Notes: generated by a model not told the origin, from the sequence alone. 64,000 nt of DNA from an uncultured Candidatus Saccharibacteria bacterium (GCA_964632215.1 CAZWBG010000001.1:110589-174588); one strand, 5' to 3'. Counted from the first letter of the stretch, positions 27,055 to 37,108 are shown. Made by a program: numbers and translations.

Positions 27055-28527
27055 TCACACTCGAGACCAGATGGTACCATTCGGTGTATCTCTTAATTCC
27101 AATCCCTGCCCTAAAAGCTGGTCGCGCAACTCATCTGACTTTGCCCAATCTTTAGATTCTCGTACCGTTTCTCGCCTTAGAATTAAAGTTTTTTGCTCAT
27201 CTGAAATATCATCGTTAAATAATGAAATACCGAGTAGCTGATCTATAGACTGTAGTAGTTCTGTGAAATTACCTACGATAAATGAGGTCATACCGTCTTT
27301 TTCTATCAAATCCATCATTTGATCAACGGCCGCCAGGGCTTTGGGTGTATCGAGATCATTGTTCAGTGTATCTTTAAATAACTGGAGGTATGCTGCACTT
27401 TTAAGGGTGTGCTCGTGTTTCTCTTCTAGGGCTTCGAACGCCTCGGTAGAGTCAGGAAGATTTTCTACGCCAATAAATACATCTGGCTGCAGAACCTGCC
27501 ATGTTAAATCAGAAACCGATCGCCATCTTGTGAGGCGGTTCTGGGCGGCTTCCATTATCTCCCAAGTAAAGTTACCCTCGGTTCGGTAGTGTTTAGAGAG
27601 TACAAGTAGTTTAAATGTCTGGAGGTCGAAGCCATGATCTTTGATATCTTGCAGTGTGTAGATATTTCCAAGCGACTTGCTCATTTTGGTGCCATCAACC
27701 TTTATATGGTTTGCGTGAATCCACATATCTGCAAACTGCTTGCCTGTAACTGCTTCGGTCTGAGCGATTTCGTTCGTGTGGTGAACGGGGATATGGTCTA
27801 TGCCACCAGTATGGATATCGATAGTATCTCCGAGCAGTTCTCGAGCCATCACAGAGCACTCTAGATGCCAACCAGGAAAACCTATCCCATTATTATCTCC
27901 AAAGGGACTTTCCCACTCCATATCACGCTTTTCTTCTGGGTTTGAAAACTTCCAGAGCGCAAAGTCAGTCGGATTCTTCTTGCCGGTATCTTCTATACGA
28001 GCACCAAACTGGAGTCCTTCGATATCAAGCTTGGCTAATTTGCCGTAATCATCTAATTTACTAGTATCAAAATATACACCATCAGCAATTGTGTAGGTGT
28101 AGCCTTTTTTCTCAAGCTCTTCAACGAAGGCTATTTGCTGAGGAATGTATTCTGTCGCTCGTGGCATATGATTCGGGCGGATTAGGCCTAGCTCGTCGTA
28201 AGCTTCGTGATCTGCGATCTTGATGTACTTCTCTGCTACATCCCAAGCAGTAGTTCCCTCTTTGAGGGCGCTTTTGAGCATCTTATCCTCGCCAGCATCT
28301 TCATCAGACGTTAAGTGACCAACATCAGTGATATTCTGCACTCGATTTACATTATAGCCACTGGCTTGCAGTGTGCGCACCAAGATATCCCAATAAATAT
28401 ATGCCACCCAGTTACCAATATGTGGCTGAGAATAAACCGTAAGCCCGCAAGTATAGAGCGTAACCCGATTGCTTTTAAGAGGCTTAAACTCCTCTACTTT
28501 CCTCGTCAGAGTGTTATAGAGTCGCAT
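27055..28527 (-). CDS. cysS: cysteine--tRNA ligase
   Basis: Class I signatures HIGN and KMSKSLGN, plus LYTCGLTVY near the N-terminus. Confidence 0.95.
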   Translation of the reverse strand: MRLYNTLTRKVEEFKPLKSNRVTLYTCGLTVYSQPHIGNWVAYIYWDILVRTLQASGYNVNRVQNITDVGHLTSDEDAGEDKMLKSALKEGTTAWDVAEKYIKIADHEAYDELGLIRPNHMPRATEYIPQQIAFVEELEKKGYTYTIADGVYFDTSKLDDYGKLAKLDIEGLQFGARIEDTGKKNPTDFALWKFSNPEEKRDMEWESPFGDNNGIGFPGWHLECSVMARELLGDTIDIHTGGIDHIPVHHTNEIAQTEAVTGKQFADMWIHANHIKVDGTKMSKSLGNIYTLQDIKDHGFDLQTFKLLVLSKHYRTEGNFTWEIMEAAQNRLTRWRSVSDLTWQVLQPDVFIGVENLPDSTEAFEALEEKHEHTLKSAAYLQLFKDTLNNDLDTPKALAAVDQMMDLIEKDGMTSFIVGNFTELLQSIDQLLGISLFNDDISDEQKTLILRRETVRESKDWAKSDELRDQLLGQGLELRDTPNGTIWSRV

Positions 28528-29044
28528 CTTCTTTGACCTTTTTTGCCGATTCTAAAATGACTATATCTCTCTTTTGTATAAACTTACCTTCATAGTTTGT
28601 GGGCTCGTCTGCGCCTAGCAACGCAATGGCTTTATCAATATTTGCCACCCAGATAATGCTGAATTCTTCAGAAAGTTCCTTTTGGGTAAAACTTGGCTCT
28701 CCTGTCTCGCCTTTTTGTTGAGCTAAATAGCAGAAAGAATCTTGCTTTAACTGGAATTGATCTCGATACTCCGTAACTGTGCCTATTTCGCTAATGACCT
28801 CTACGCTTGCGCCAATCTCTTCTAGGAGCTCCCTTTCTAGGGCCTGCTGTACATTTTCGCCGGAATCAACTCCTCCACCGGGTAGTTTATGATAATTATA
28901 CTTGCCAACTTTCAATAGTGGAACACGACCTGCCCCGTCAAGCACAACTGCTCGTGCTGCCTGCCTTACTCTGAAGTCTCTGGGGTCAACTTTTGCGGCG
29001 CCTCGTGTGATATCTTGTTCTGTAATAACCCTAATCAAGTTCAT
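28514..29044 (-). CDS. NUDIX hydrolase
   Basis: Nudix box GGGVDSGENVQQALERELLEEIG. Confidence 0.85.
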   Translation of the reverse strand: MNLIRVITEQDITRGAAKVDPRDFRVRQAARAVVLDGAGRVPLLKVGKYNYHKLPGGGVDSGENVQQALERELLEEIGASVEVISEIGTVTEYRDQFQLKQDSFCYLAQQKGETGEPSFTQKELSEEFSIIWVANIDKAIALLGADEPTNYEGKFIQKRDIVILESAKKVKEDATL

Positions 29045-30008
29045 TGAATAGCCCCTTCGTTTTTTTCATGACTTCATTCTTGAGATCTTCGTAGTTCCAT
29101 TCGGTGGTTTTGAAGCCAGCTGCATAGTCGTGGCCGCCGCCGCCGAAGTGAGCTGCTAGTTCACCAGCTAGCGGGTGGTTGTTAGCACGGATCTTTCCGG
29201 TTATTTTGCCATCTGGATAGGTTTTGATACCAATAGCCAGTTCTACGCCTTCGGTATTACGTAGTTCTTCAAGAGCAAGCATGCTTGGGTTGTAATGTGG
29301 GCTATATTTCTCGATCTCTTCCCATGGGATGTGGACGAGCGCAAGTGTGCCATCATGAAAGTATTCTACACGCTGTAAAAGAACGCCTTTGTAGGTCACG
29401 ATTTCACGGGTTTTCTTCATATACTGTCGACGACGTTTGTCGATTTCCGCCATATTTGCACCGCGATCAAGCATATCTGCAACTACTCGAAGTGTGTTAC
29501 CACTTACAATTTCGGTAGACATACCAAGCGTATCGGCCATAATTGACTCAATAATGTGCGTGGCCGCCATAGGGTTAATCTCCCAGCCCTCTTTTTTAGC
29601 AAGATGATAGACAAGTTCGCCAGTTGCCACAATTGACTCATCTGCAACATCAAAAAACTCAGCGTGTTCAAGGGGTAGATCGTTATCTGTTGGGTGATGG
29701 TCAAGCACCATGACGGGTTTTTTATTGATTGCAGTGAGCTTACTGCCTTTGAGTGTGTTTTCAAGTAAGCTTGCGGTAACAGTATCTACGATAATGGTGA
29801 CGTCAAAATTGTTTGGAAAATCGTTAACAATACGATCAGAGCCCTGTATGTAGCGTAGGTAGTCTGGAATGTGTACATAGCTGTAAATGACTACTTCTTT
29901 GCCTAAATCGCCTAGAATCTCCTCTAAAGCCAAGCTAGAGGCAATACTATCACCGTCGGGGTTCTCTGGCTGCAATATCAAAACAGTGTTTATATCTGAC
30001 CAATTCAT
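29031..30008 (-). CDS. DHH/DHHA1 phosphoesterase (NrnA-like oligoribonuclease / pAp phosphatase)
   Basis: Motifs DGDSIAS, DHH and GGGH. Confidence 0.85.
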   Translation of the reverse strand: MNWSDINTVLILQPENPDGDSIASSLALEEILGDLGKEVVIYSYVHIPDYLRYIQGSDRIVNDFPNNFDVTIIVDTVTASLLENTLKGSKLTAINKKPVMVLDHHPTDNDLPLEHAEFFDVADESIVATGELVYHLAKKEGWEINPMAATHIIESIMADTLGMSTEIVSGNTLRVVADMLDRGANMAEIDKRRRQYMKKTREIVTYKGVLLQRVEYFHDGTLALVHIPWEEIEKYSPHYNPSMLALEELRNTEGVELAIGIKTYPDGKITGKIRANNHPLAGELAAHFGGGGHDYAAGFKTTEWNYEDLKNEVMKKTKGLFNELD

Positions 30009-30039
30009 CTGTTTATTGTACCATGTCAGAACAGAGATG

Positions 30040-30474
30040 CTATCTTAGGCGAATATCAGTAATTTCTTGCCCTGGTCTATCAAAGATGAGTCGATCGCCT
30101 ATTGGAGCATTGGGCACGGCACCAACCATAAAACTACCAACAGTAAGACTATCGAAATATGAAGTAAAGGCACGTTCTTGTGTCTGCACAGGATTCTGTT
30201 GACGGTTAGTCCAGCGTCCCGATCCGTGTAAACTAAACTCACCAGCATTTTCAGAACCATCTGGGCTGGTTTCTGTGATAATTCCAGTTGGCCATTTACC
30301 TGGTTCTGCTACTTTGAAGGTATATTGATATGCTTCGTCGCCCTGCCCAAGAGTTATATGCACCGTGTCGCCTGTTCTCAAAGAACTTAACTCTAGTCTC
30401 TCAATAGTTTCATCTAGTTTTTCACTCATAATCACCATGGTACTCTGTGGTGCTGTATTTGCAAGCATGACCAC
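30040..30474 (-). CDS. hypothetical protein downstream of recR
   Basis: GTG lies 2 nt after the recR stop. Alternative ATG starts are at 30468 and 30429. 129-144 aa, no recognisable motif. Confidence 0.5.
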   Translation of the reverse strand: MVMLANTAPQSTMVIMSEKLDETIERLELSSLRTGDTVHITLGQGDEAYQYTFKVAEPGKWPTGIITETSPDGSENAGEFSLHGSGRWTNRQQNPVQTQERAFTSYFDSLTVGSFMVGAVPNAPIGDRLIFDRPGQEITDIRLR

Positions 30475-30476
30475 TT

Positions 30477-31088
30477 CTAGAACTTGGTGCGGCCTTCGAG
30501 GGCGTGCTTGAGGGTTATTTGGTCGGCGTACTCTAAATCTATACCGACAGGGAGGCCACGGGCGAGGCGGCTAATTTTAACGGTGAGACCAGCTTCATCT
30601 ATCATTTTCTGAATGTAGAGCGAAGTGCTCTCACCCTCCACGCTGGCATTAGTAGCTAGAATAATTTCTTCCACCTCATCATCACCTATGCGGCTGATAA
30701 GTTCGCGTACGTGCAATTGCTCAGGTCCGATACCCTCAAGTGGGCTGATAACACCACCGAGTACATGATAAGTTCCCTTAAATTGACCAGTTTTTTCAAG
30801 AGCTACGATATCTAGCGGATCTTCTACAACTGCCACAAGTTTCTTGCTACGCGTTGGGTCAAGATACAGCTGAGAATATTCTTCACTTATGTCTATCAGT
30901 GCGAATGTCTTAGGGCAGGTTTTTAGGTTAGAATGTAACTTCTCGAGTGCTCTGGCCAATTGACTCGCATCGTTTTGGGACCTCTTTAGAATACCGAGTG
31001 CATAACGCTCGGCTGTACGCGGCCCAACACCAGGTAATTTACCTAATTGTTCAATAAGCTCTTCAAGAGATTGCGGAAGTATAGACAT
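30477..31088 (-). CDS. recR: recombination protein RecR
   Basis: LPGVGPRTAER helix-hairpin-helix and a Toprim domain. The usual Cys4 zinc finger appears degenerate. Confidence 0.9.
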   Translation of the reverse strand: MSILPQSLEELIEQLGKLPGVGPRTAERYALGILKRSQNDASQLARALEKLHSNLKTCPKTFALIDISEEYSQLYLDPTRSKKLVAVVEDPLDIVALEKTGQFKGTYHVLGGVISPLEGIGPEQLHVRELISRIGDDEVEEIILATNASVEGESTSLYIQKMIDEAGLTVKISRLARGLPVGIDLEYADQITLKHALEGRTKF

Positions 31089-31128
31089 AGTCTAGTTTTC
31101 CATTTTCCATTTACAATTTACCATGCGT

Positions 31129-31500
31129 TCACCGTTCACCATTTTCAGCTTTTTTGCGTAGCGTACTGATTATCTTTTGTAATGTCATGAGAATTCCCTG
31201 TGTTTCTTCCTGTAGATACTTCAGTTCATCTGTAGTATCACCTAGTTCCGCTAGAATCGCTAGCCAATATTTTGTTTCGGCAGCTTCCTTCTTGGCAATG
31301 AATATCTTTGATCTGAAGTCAACTCGAGAGGCGGCGTTATTAGCTTCAGCATAGTTAGCTCCGACGCTAGTAGCCGAACGAATCAATTGGCTGGTAATAG
31401 ATTGCAGGGTGGGCTGTTTAATTCGAGAGCAATGCTTAATAACCCGTACACTAAACTGCAATGTTCTATCTTCAAGTTGGTACTTCTGTTGCTCTGCCAT
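31129..31500 (-). CDS. four-helix-bundle protein (23S rRNA intervening-sequence protein family)
   Basis: 123 aa. QLIRSATSVGANYAEA and ETKYWLAIL are the family hallmarks. Confidence 0.75.
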   Translation of the reverse strand: MAEQQKYQLEDRTLQFSVRVIKHCSRIKQPTLQSITSQLIRSATSVGANYAEANNAASRVDFRSKIFIAKKEAAETKYWLAILAELGDTTDELKYLQEETQGILMTLQKIISTLRKKAENGER

Positions 31501-31541
31501 AGTAAACTGTGAATTAGTAAATAGTGGACGGGTAATTTAGG

Positions 31542-31829
31542 CTACAGGCCTAAATTACCGAGTTGGCCCATCATAGGCTTCATTTTTTCAGCAGCGAGTT
31601 GCTGAGATTCGTTAATAGCTTGCTTAATGGCCTCTTCCAACCAGCTTTCGAGCTCACGAATATCTTCAAGATCAATCTGTTCAGGATCTATAGTGATCTT
31701 CTTTAGCTTCTGTTCACCATTAATTTGCACAGTAACAGCACCGTCGCCTGCCTCAACTTCAACGATAGTTTTAGCGAGTTCTTTTTGTAACTTCTTCACT
31801 TGCATTAGCATTTTTGCTTGGTCTAACAT
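31542..31829 (-). CDS. ybaB: YbaB/EbfC nucleoid-associated protein
   Basis: 95 aa. MQVKKLQKELAK...GDGAVTVQINGEQKL. Positioned between dnaX and recR as in many bacteria. Confidence 0.9.
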   Translation of the reverse strand: MLDQAKMLMQVKKLQKELAKTIVEVEAGDGAVTVQINGEQKLKKITIDPEQIDLEDIRELESWLEEAIKQAINESQQLAAEKMKPMMGQLGNLGL

Positions 31830-31887
31830 GGGTACTCCTTTTATAACCTATATAGTATACAGTAAAACAATTCCGGTGTGTTACCGA

Positions 31888-33354
31888 CTACTGGTTCACT
31901 CGCAGAACGAGCCAACGCACATTTTTGTCTTGTAGCCCATTGACTAGTGACTTGGGGTTTGCTTCTGGCACGAGTGAAAGGTCGGTATCTGGTGCCACTA
32001 TAGTATTTGAACCTGGTGGTAGTGGCATATTGAGCGTATCGGTAAATTGTAATTGACAACTATGAGGACTTTTTTGCAGCAAAGTAATATAGTTTTTGTC
32101 AGTTGTAACTACTGTACAGACTGAGTTCCCTTCAATTGCTTTTAGCTCATCTTGTACAAGTAAGAAATCTGAGTTAAAAACCTGATGTGTAGTGGTTTGG
32201 CTTGGCCATAAAACAAAATAGGTTTGATAGTGCATAAATAGTACCGCAATAAGCAAGAAGCTGAGTGATAGAAACGCGACTATGCGAGCGTAAGGATTCC
32301 GCGGAAAGGCCTTTTGCCAACGGTGCAATAGATGTCGTAGTGCTGTTGCGATGAGTAAAATAGCAATTACGAGCTGCAACCCAGCGGCATCTGGACCACT
32401 ACTGAGACCACTCAAGATTGTAAAGAACAGTCCAAGTACCAGTACCATCAGACCTAGGCGATTTTTGCGACCATGCCACAACATAGCAATACCAAACATG
32501 ATGAAGATAAGTTCAAAGAAGCGCACAATAAACATACCGGTTGGGCCAAGCAAGGCACTGCGACTCGGTATTAGGGCGATAATACCACCGCTGTTGTGAA
32601 CAATATTAAGGAAGAACTGGTGAATGCTCGGAAGCGGACTTAGAACAAGTACCGTAGTTATAAAATGTGGTACACGAACTATGCTGAAAATAAATCCACC
32701 CAAAGCCACGAGTAGTATAAGAAGGCTCATTATCTTAAGAAAAGATGGTGCCTGTGCAAGTTTTTCGCGGAAGGTACCAAATATCAGCTGCCCGGCTAGA
32801 AGAATTAGTACAACATAAGGGCCAAAAGGTACAAAAAGTAATGCCCCGTAGGCCAGGGTCAGTACTGGTAGCCATTTACATTTGAGTTCAAGTAGTTTGG
32901 TATACGCTACCATGCTTAGAACAAGCCAGAAGCTTAGTTCGATACTAGCAGCACCGAGGCGTCCGATACTTAAGTACCAGTCTGCGCTAAGGAGTACTAG
33001 GGTAGCTAGTAGTGCAGTGGGCTTGCCAAACCATCGCCTAATTAGTTTATAGGCTAAGAAAGCCGTCAGGGCAGCCAATATAATACTTGGGAGACGGATA
33101 CTGAGTGTTGAGACATCAAAAAGATAAATACTGAGACGTCCGAGCAGGCTGTGTAGTAAGTTGAAAGGCTGTGAGAGTACGGTAGAAAGTGAGGCGTTAT
33201 GGGCCGCAGTGGTGAGTTCGACTTGGCTGAGCCCGGGTCCGATAACCCGCAACTGCCACGTTAGAAAATAAGCACCGAAAACAAAGATACCTATGTAGGC
33301 AAACCAGTAGCGGTAATTGTTGAGCAGAGCTTGCTTGATCGCTTTAATTTTCAT
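31888..33354 (-). CDS. polytopic membrane glycosyltransferase, GT39/ArnT-like (tentative)
   Basis: 488 aa with about 12 TM helices followed by a soluble C-terminal domain. The call rests on architecture only. Confidence 0.45.
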   Translation of the reverse strand: MKIKAIKQALLNNYRYWFAYIGIFVFGAYFLTWQLRVIGPGLSQVELTTAAHNASLSTVLSQPFNLLHSLLGRLSIYLFDVSTLSIRLPSIILAALTAFLAYKLIRRWFGKPTALLATLVLLSADWYLSIGRLGAASIELSFWLVLSMVAYTKLLELKCKWLPVLTLAYGALLFVPFGPYVVLILLAGQLIFGTFREKLAQAPSFLKIMSLLILLVALGGFIFSIVRVPHFITTVLVLSPLPSIHQFFLNIVHNSGGIIALIPSRSALLGPTGMFIVRFFELIFIMFGIAMLWHGRKNRLGLMVLVLGLFFTILSGLSSGPDAAGLQLVIAILLIATALRHLLHRWQKAFPRNPYARIVAFLSLSFLLIAVLFMHYQTYFVLWPSQTTTHQVFNSDFLLVQDELKAIEGNSVCTVVTTDKNYITLLQKSPHSCQLQFTDTLNMPLPPGSNTIVAPDTDLSLVPEANPKSLVNGLQDKNVRWLVLRVNQ

Positions 33355-33408
33355 TTGTACTTAGTATATCATTTTATGCTTGGTCATTCACCGATTGGGC
33401 ACTAGAGG

Positions 33409-34764
33409 CTAGCGCGCTTTTTCAAGAGAAATGAACTTGAGCTTTTCTGGATGGAAATAGAGTTCTATGCGACCAGTTGGGCCGTTACGATGTTTTGCTA
33501 AGATGAGGTCAGTTATGTGTTGGCGATCTGTTTCTGGATTGTAATAATCCTCGCGGTATAAGAAAGCCACAATATCAGCATCTTGCTCAATGGAACCAGA
33601 TTCACGAAGGTCTGCTAGTTGCGGAATCTGTGGGCTTCGGCTTTCGACCGAACGACTCAGCTGAGAGAGGGCCACTACGGGCACATTAAGTTCGCGGGCA
33701 ATCAGTTTTAGGCCACGGCTGATCTCACTCACCTCTTGCACGCGATTAAAATCTCCCCCACCAGCACCTTTGCGCCCACTCATAAGCTGCAAATAGTCGA
33801 TAACAATCAAACCAAGTGGGTTTTTTTGGGCTTCACGGCGAGCCTTGGTACGCATCTCTAATACCGTGATGCCTGGGGTATCATCTATAAAGATTGGTGC
33901 CTCACTGAGTGCACCCATAGCTTGGCCAAGCTTCTCAAAATCATCATCACTTAAGTTACCGGTACGGATGTTCCAGGCATCTACCCCAGATTCTGAGGCC
34001 AACATACGGTCTACGAGCTGGTCTTTACTCATCTCAAGACTGAAAAATAGAACGGTTTGTTTTTCATGAACAGCCACGTTTTGGGCCATATTAAGTACAA
34101 GGGCGGTTTTACCCATTGCTGGGCGAGCGGCGAGAATAATAAGGTCTGATCGCTGCAGGCCCGCTGTTTTATTGTCGAGATCCTTCCAACCGGTACGTAC
34201 TCCACGCAACTGACCCTTATTTTTGTGTAGCTCATCTAATCGGTCAAAACCTTCGGCCAGAATTTGTTCGATTGAGACTAAATCTTGCTTGAGGGTGCGC
34301 TGTGAAACGCTGAAGAGTCGGGCTTCGGCTTGTTCGAGAATCTCTTGCACGCTACTGGCATTGTCTTGAAAGCTCATGCCTACAATATCTTCAGAGGCTT
34401 TAATCAATTTTCGACGCAACGCCTTTTCTGCCACAATATCAGCATAATGCTCGCCATGAGCGGCAGTCGGTACGGCGTTAGTCAGTTCGGTTAAGTAGCT
34501 CGAGCCACCTACGGTATCGAGCTCACCACCATCTTTTAAAAGGCTCGAGAGCGTTAGTAGATCTACTGGTTTATGCTGTTCGTAAAGCTTTAGCATGGCC
34601 TCGTAGATGATGCCATGGCGTTGGTCGTAAAAATCCTCAGCACTGATCTTATCGGCAACGGTCGTGATAACTTCGTCGTCAAGTAAAATTGAGCCCAGAA
34701 GGCTAATTTCAGCTTCAATATTTTGTGGCGGTATTTTACCTACAGATTTTGGTGCATTAGACAT
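33409..34764 (-). CDS. dnaB: replicative DNA helicase DnaB
   Basis: PPQNIEAEISLLGSIL N-terminus, Walker A ARPAMGKTA, and DYLQLM. ATG 34764 is chosen because the longer ORF to 34848 overlaps dnaX and is hydrophobic nonsense. Confidence 0.9.
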   Translation of the reverse strand: MSNAPKSVGKIPPQNIEAEISLLGSILLDDEVITTVADKISAEDFYDQRHGIIYEAMLKLYEQHKPVDLLTLSSLLKDGGELDTVGGSSYLTELTNAVPTAAHGEHYADIVAEKALRRKLIKASEDIVGMSFQDNASSVQEILEQAEARLFSVSQRTLKQDLVSIEQILAEGFDRLDELHKNKGQLRGVRTGWKDLDNKTAGLQRSDLIILAARPAMGKTALVLNMAQNVAVHEKQTVLFFSLEMSKDQLVDRMLASESGVDAWNIRTGNLSDDDFEKLGQAMGALSEAPIFIDDTPGITVLEMRTKARREAQKNPLGLIVIDYLQLMSGRKGAGGGDFNRVQEVSEISRGLKLIARELNVPVVALSQLSRSVESRSPQIPQLADLRESGSIEQDADIVAFLYREDYYNPETDRQHITDLILAKHRNGPTGRIELYFHPEKLKFISLEKAR

Positions 34765-36286
34765 GTACGATCTCTCCTCCGCCCATAATAGCCTGAACGC
34801 CATCAATAAGTGAAGCATGAGCAGGATCAGGAGGAGTGTTTTGTGCATTTGGTTGTGTTTTGGGCCCGGGTGATGCTTCGATGAGGTCTTTGTCCACCAT
34901 TGTTTGCACAGGAAGCTGAGTGCCTATTACTTCATGAATAGCTTGGGCCACGATAATTTTATGTTTGCTATCGTCTGCCCGTTTTTGATGAAACCCGAAC
35001 TTAAACGTTAAACAGACACCGGTTTCGTCGAGTTTTGGTACCGCAAGGCGTAAGATTGTGTAGAGTGGTTTATTCCGCTGCTCTACCCAACCTAAGATGT
35101 TTGGCCAGTGTTCGTTGATATCTATATCTGCAACATTAGCAGGGGTTGTGATGACTGGTGATTTCTTCGGCTCCGGCTTAGCTATAGCTTCCGTGGGTTT
35201 TGGAGTCGCAATTGGGGCAGGCTCTTGCTTGACCTTTTTTGGAGTTACTTTCGGTGTGAGTTCAATATGTTTGGCAGGCGTAGGAATTAAACTGGCTGGT
35301 GCAGATTTTGTCATTCGGCCGAGGCAATAGTCGAGCAGACTTGTCTCTAGGGCAAGCTTGGGGTAACCAGAGGTTTGTACGAGCAGTAGATCTTTCATCA
35401 GCGTCAGTTCTGGGGTACGCAGCTCGCCGCTTAGGGCTTGCTGGTGCAGGCTTTTTACAAGTTGTTCGGCAATACTAGCTGGGGTAAATCCTTGGTTTAT
35501 AAAGTCTTCAATTTGCTGTAGTACGTCTTGGGTTGAGCCACTCTTGAGGGCTTGAAGAAGACTTTGAATTTGCGTATCTGAGGCCACACCAAGTGAGGCT
35601 TCAATAGTCTCTACAGTTACCTTTTCATCGCTATGGCTGAGTTGGTCGAGTATGCTGATGCTATCGCGGAAACTTCCTTCACCGTACTCGGCAATCATCA
35701 GGAGTGCCTCGTCTGAGATATCAATCTTTTCTTCCTCGGCAATCATCTTCAAATGTTTTGCGACTTCTGGCGCAGGAATGCTGCGGAAGCTGTGCCGCTG
35801 GGTGCGACTAACAATAGTTGCAGGCAATTTATGTACCTCTGTGGTCGCTAAGATGAAAACAACGTGCGCTGGTGGTTCCTCTAAAGTCTTGAGTAGCGCG
35901 TTAAAGCTTTCGGTAGTCAACATATGTACTTCATCTATAATATAGACTTTGTACTTGGCGGAAACAGGTGCAATGTGTACTTTGTCACGCAGATCACGGA
36001 TATCGTCGATCCGGCGGTTGCTGGCTGCATCTATTTCAATAATATCTAGCTTCGTTACTTCGTCTTCGTATGGCATCTGATTAATCTCATGTGCCAGAAT
36101 ACGAGCAATCGAGGTTTTACCCACACCTCGCGGACCAGTAAACAGGTAAGCGTGGGAAATCTTACCCTTAGCAACTGCTTGAGCGAGTGTTTTGGTAATG
36201 TGTATTTGCCCGACAATTTCGTCGAGAGATTTGCTACGATATTTTCGATAAAGCGCTTGGTGCGCTGTTTTTTTCTTTTCACCCAT
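34757..36286 (-). CDS. dnaX: DNA polymerase III subunit gamma/tau
   Basis: GPRGVGKTS Walker A, IIDEVHML, and SRTQ. Confidence 0.9.
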   Translation of the reverse strand: MGEKKKTAHQALYRKYRSKSLDEIVGQIHITKTLAQAVAKGKISHAYLFTGPRGVGKTSIARILAHEINQMPYEDEVTKLDIIEIDAASNRRIDDIRDLRDKVHIAPVSAKYKVYIIDEVHMLTTESFNALLKTLEEPPAHVVFILATTEVHKLPATIVSRTQRHSFRSIPAPEVAKHLKMIAEEEKIDISDEALLMIAEYGEGSFRDSISILDQLSHSDEKVTVETIEASLGVASDTQIQSLLQALKSGSTQDVLQQIEDFINQGFTPASIAEQLVKSLHQQALSGELRTPELTLMKDLLLVQTSGYPKLALETSLLDYCLGRMTKSAPASLIPTPAKHIELTPKVTPKKVKQEPAPIATPKPTEAIAKPEPKKSPVITTPANVADIDINEHWPNILGWVEQRNKPLYTILRLAVPKLDETGVCLTFKFGFHQKRADDSKHKIIVAQAIHEVIGTQLPVQTMVDKDLIEASPGPKTQPNAQNTPPDPAHASLIDGVQAIMGGGEIVHV

Positions 36287-36441
36287 CTTAAGCCTAAGTA
36301 TAGCACTGGACCATAGAGTTTAATACGATTGCAGTAACAATTACGACAACCAAAACCACTTCGCTCTCGTCCTATTAAGAGAGGATTCATCTTTTTTGTC
36401 TTTTGCACTACCACGACTAATTATCAAATAAGTTAATTAAT

Positions 36442-36517
36442 CCTGGTAGTGCCGGGAGGAATCAATGAAAGCGCGAAACGCTCAGCAGATCATCCTCCCG
36501 GAGGTGTAACAAGCAGG
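36442..36517 (+). ncRNA. 76-nt extended hairpin, possible SRP (4.5S-like) RNA; assignment uncertain
   Basis: CCTG/CAGG and CCGGGAGGA/TCCTCCCGG (9 bp) stems. The apical part is AGCG-CGAAA-CGCT, with AGCAG on the 3' side. It lies immediately upstream of dnaX, the usual ffs neighbourhood, but on the opposite strand and with a non-canonical 5' loop. Confidence 0.25.
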
Positions 36518-36574
36518 CGTCAGAATACGAATAGAAGTAGCCATTTTCTCACGTCCGCCTGTGCCATTCCTGGC

Positions 36575-36922
36575 CTAGGGCGTGGGTGTGGAGGCATGGG
36601 CCATGCAAAACCCGTAACCGCAAACCAGTACTCCAGCCCAGAGGATGAGCGGTACCCAGAAGTTGCGATTGATTTCTTCCGTCGTCCAGAGGCGGAGGAG
36701 GACTGTTATTATCAACATTACGGCGGCAAAACTGCCGCCAAAAATGATGTACAGCTTTCCTGCGGTTGAGACCTCTTGCCCCCACACGGCAATTAAGATC
36801 AAGATACTTAAGACGAAGCTCTCTGCCGCTAGGGCACAGCAGATGAGCTTCCATTTGCGAAGCTCCCAGTTCTTCTCTTCCGGTGATACGGGGGGTAGAC
36901 CCGGGTAGGTGGAGATATTCAT
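36575..36922 (-). CDS. hypothetical 115-aa membrane protein (three TM helices), G+C-rich gene
   Basis: ATG 36922 is preceded by GAGGAGAAGG. Hydrophobic helices LICCALAAESFVLSILILIAVW, LYIIFGGSFAAVMLIITVLL and WVPLILWAGVLVCGYGF. 36541-36660 counts 72 G+C of 120. Confidence 0.55.
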   Translation of the reverse strand: MNISTYPGLPPVSPEEKNWELRKWKLICCALAAESFVLSILILIAVWGQEVSTAGKLYIIFGGSFAAVMLIITVLLRLWTTEEINRNFWVPLILWAGVLVCGYGFCMAHASTPTP

Positions 36923-37108
36923 TAGAAGACCTTCTCCTCTTCTTTGCCATCTGGCGGCAAACGTGAGTATTCTAAACTCACAAGATGAGGATACTAAGCT
37001 CATTTCAAAGCTCAGAACTCTCACCTTGTGTCTTGTCTGCTCGTCATGTAAATGTACAGAAACGGAGCTGTTTGAGCTTTCAAAAAGCTACAACGTCCCT
37101 ATACTCTT

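Noticed and set aside
34765-34848. 28-codon hydrophobic N-terminal extension of DnaB (MHKTLLLILLMLHLL...).
   Set aside because: It overlaps the dnaX 3' end, and DnaB has no signal peptide. ATG 34764 gives the normal start.
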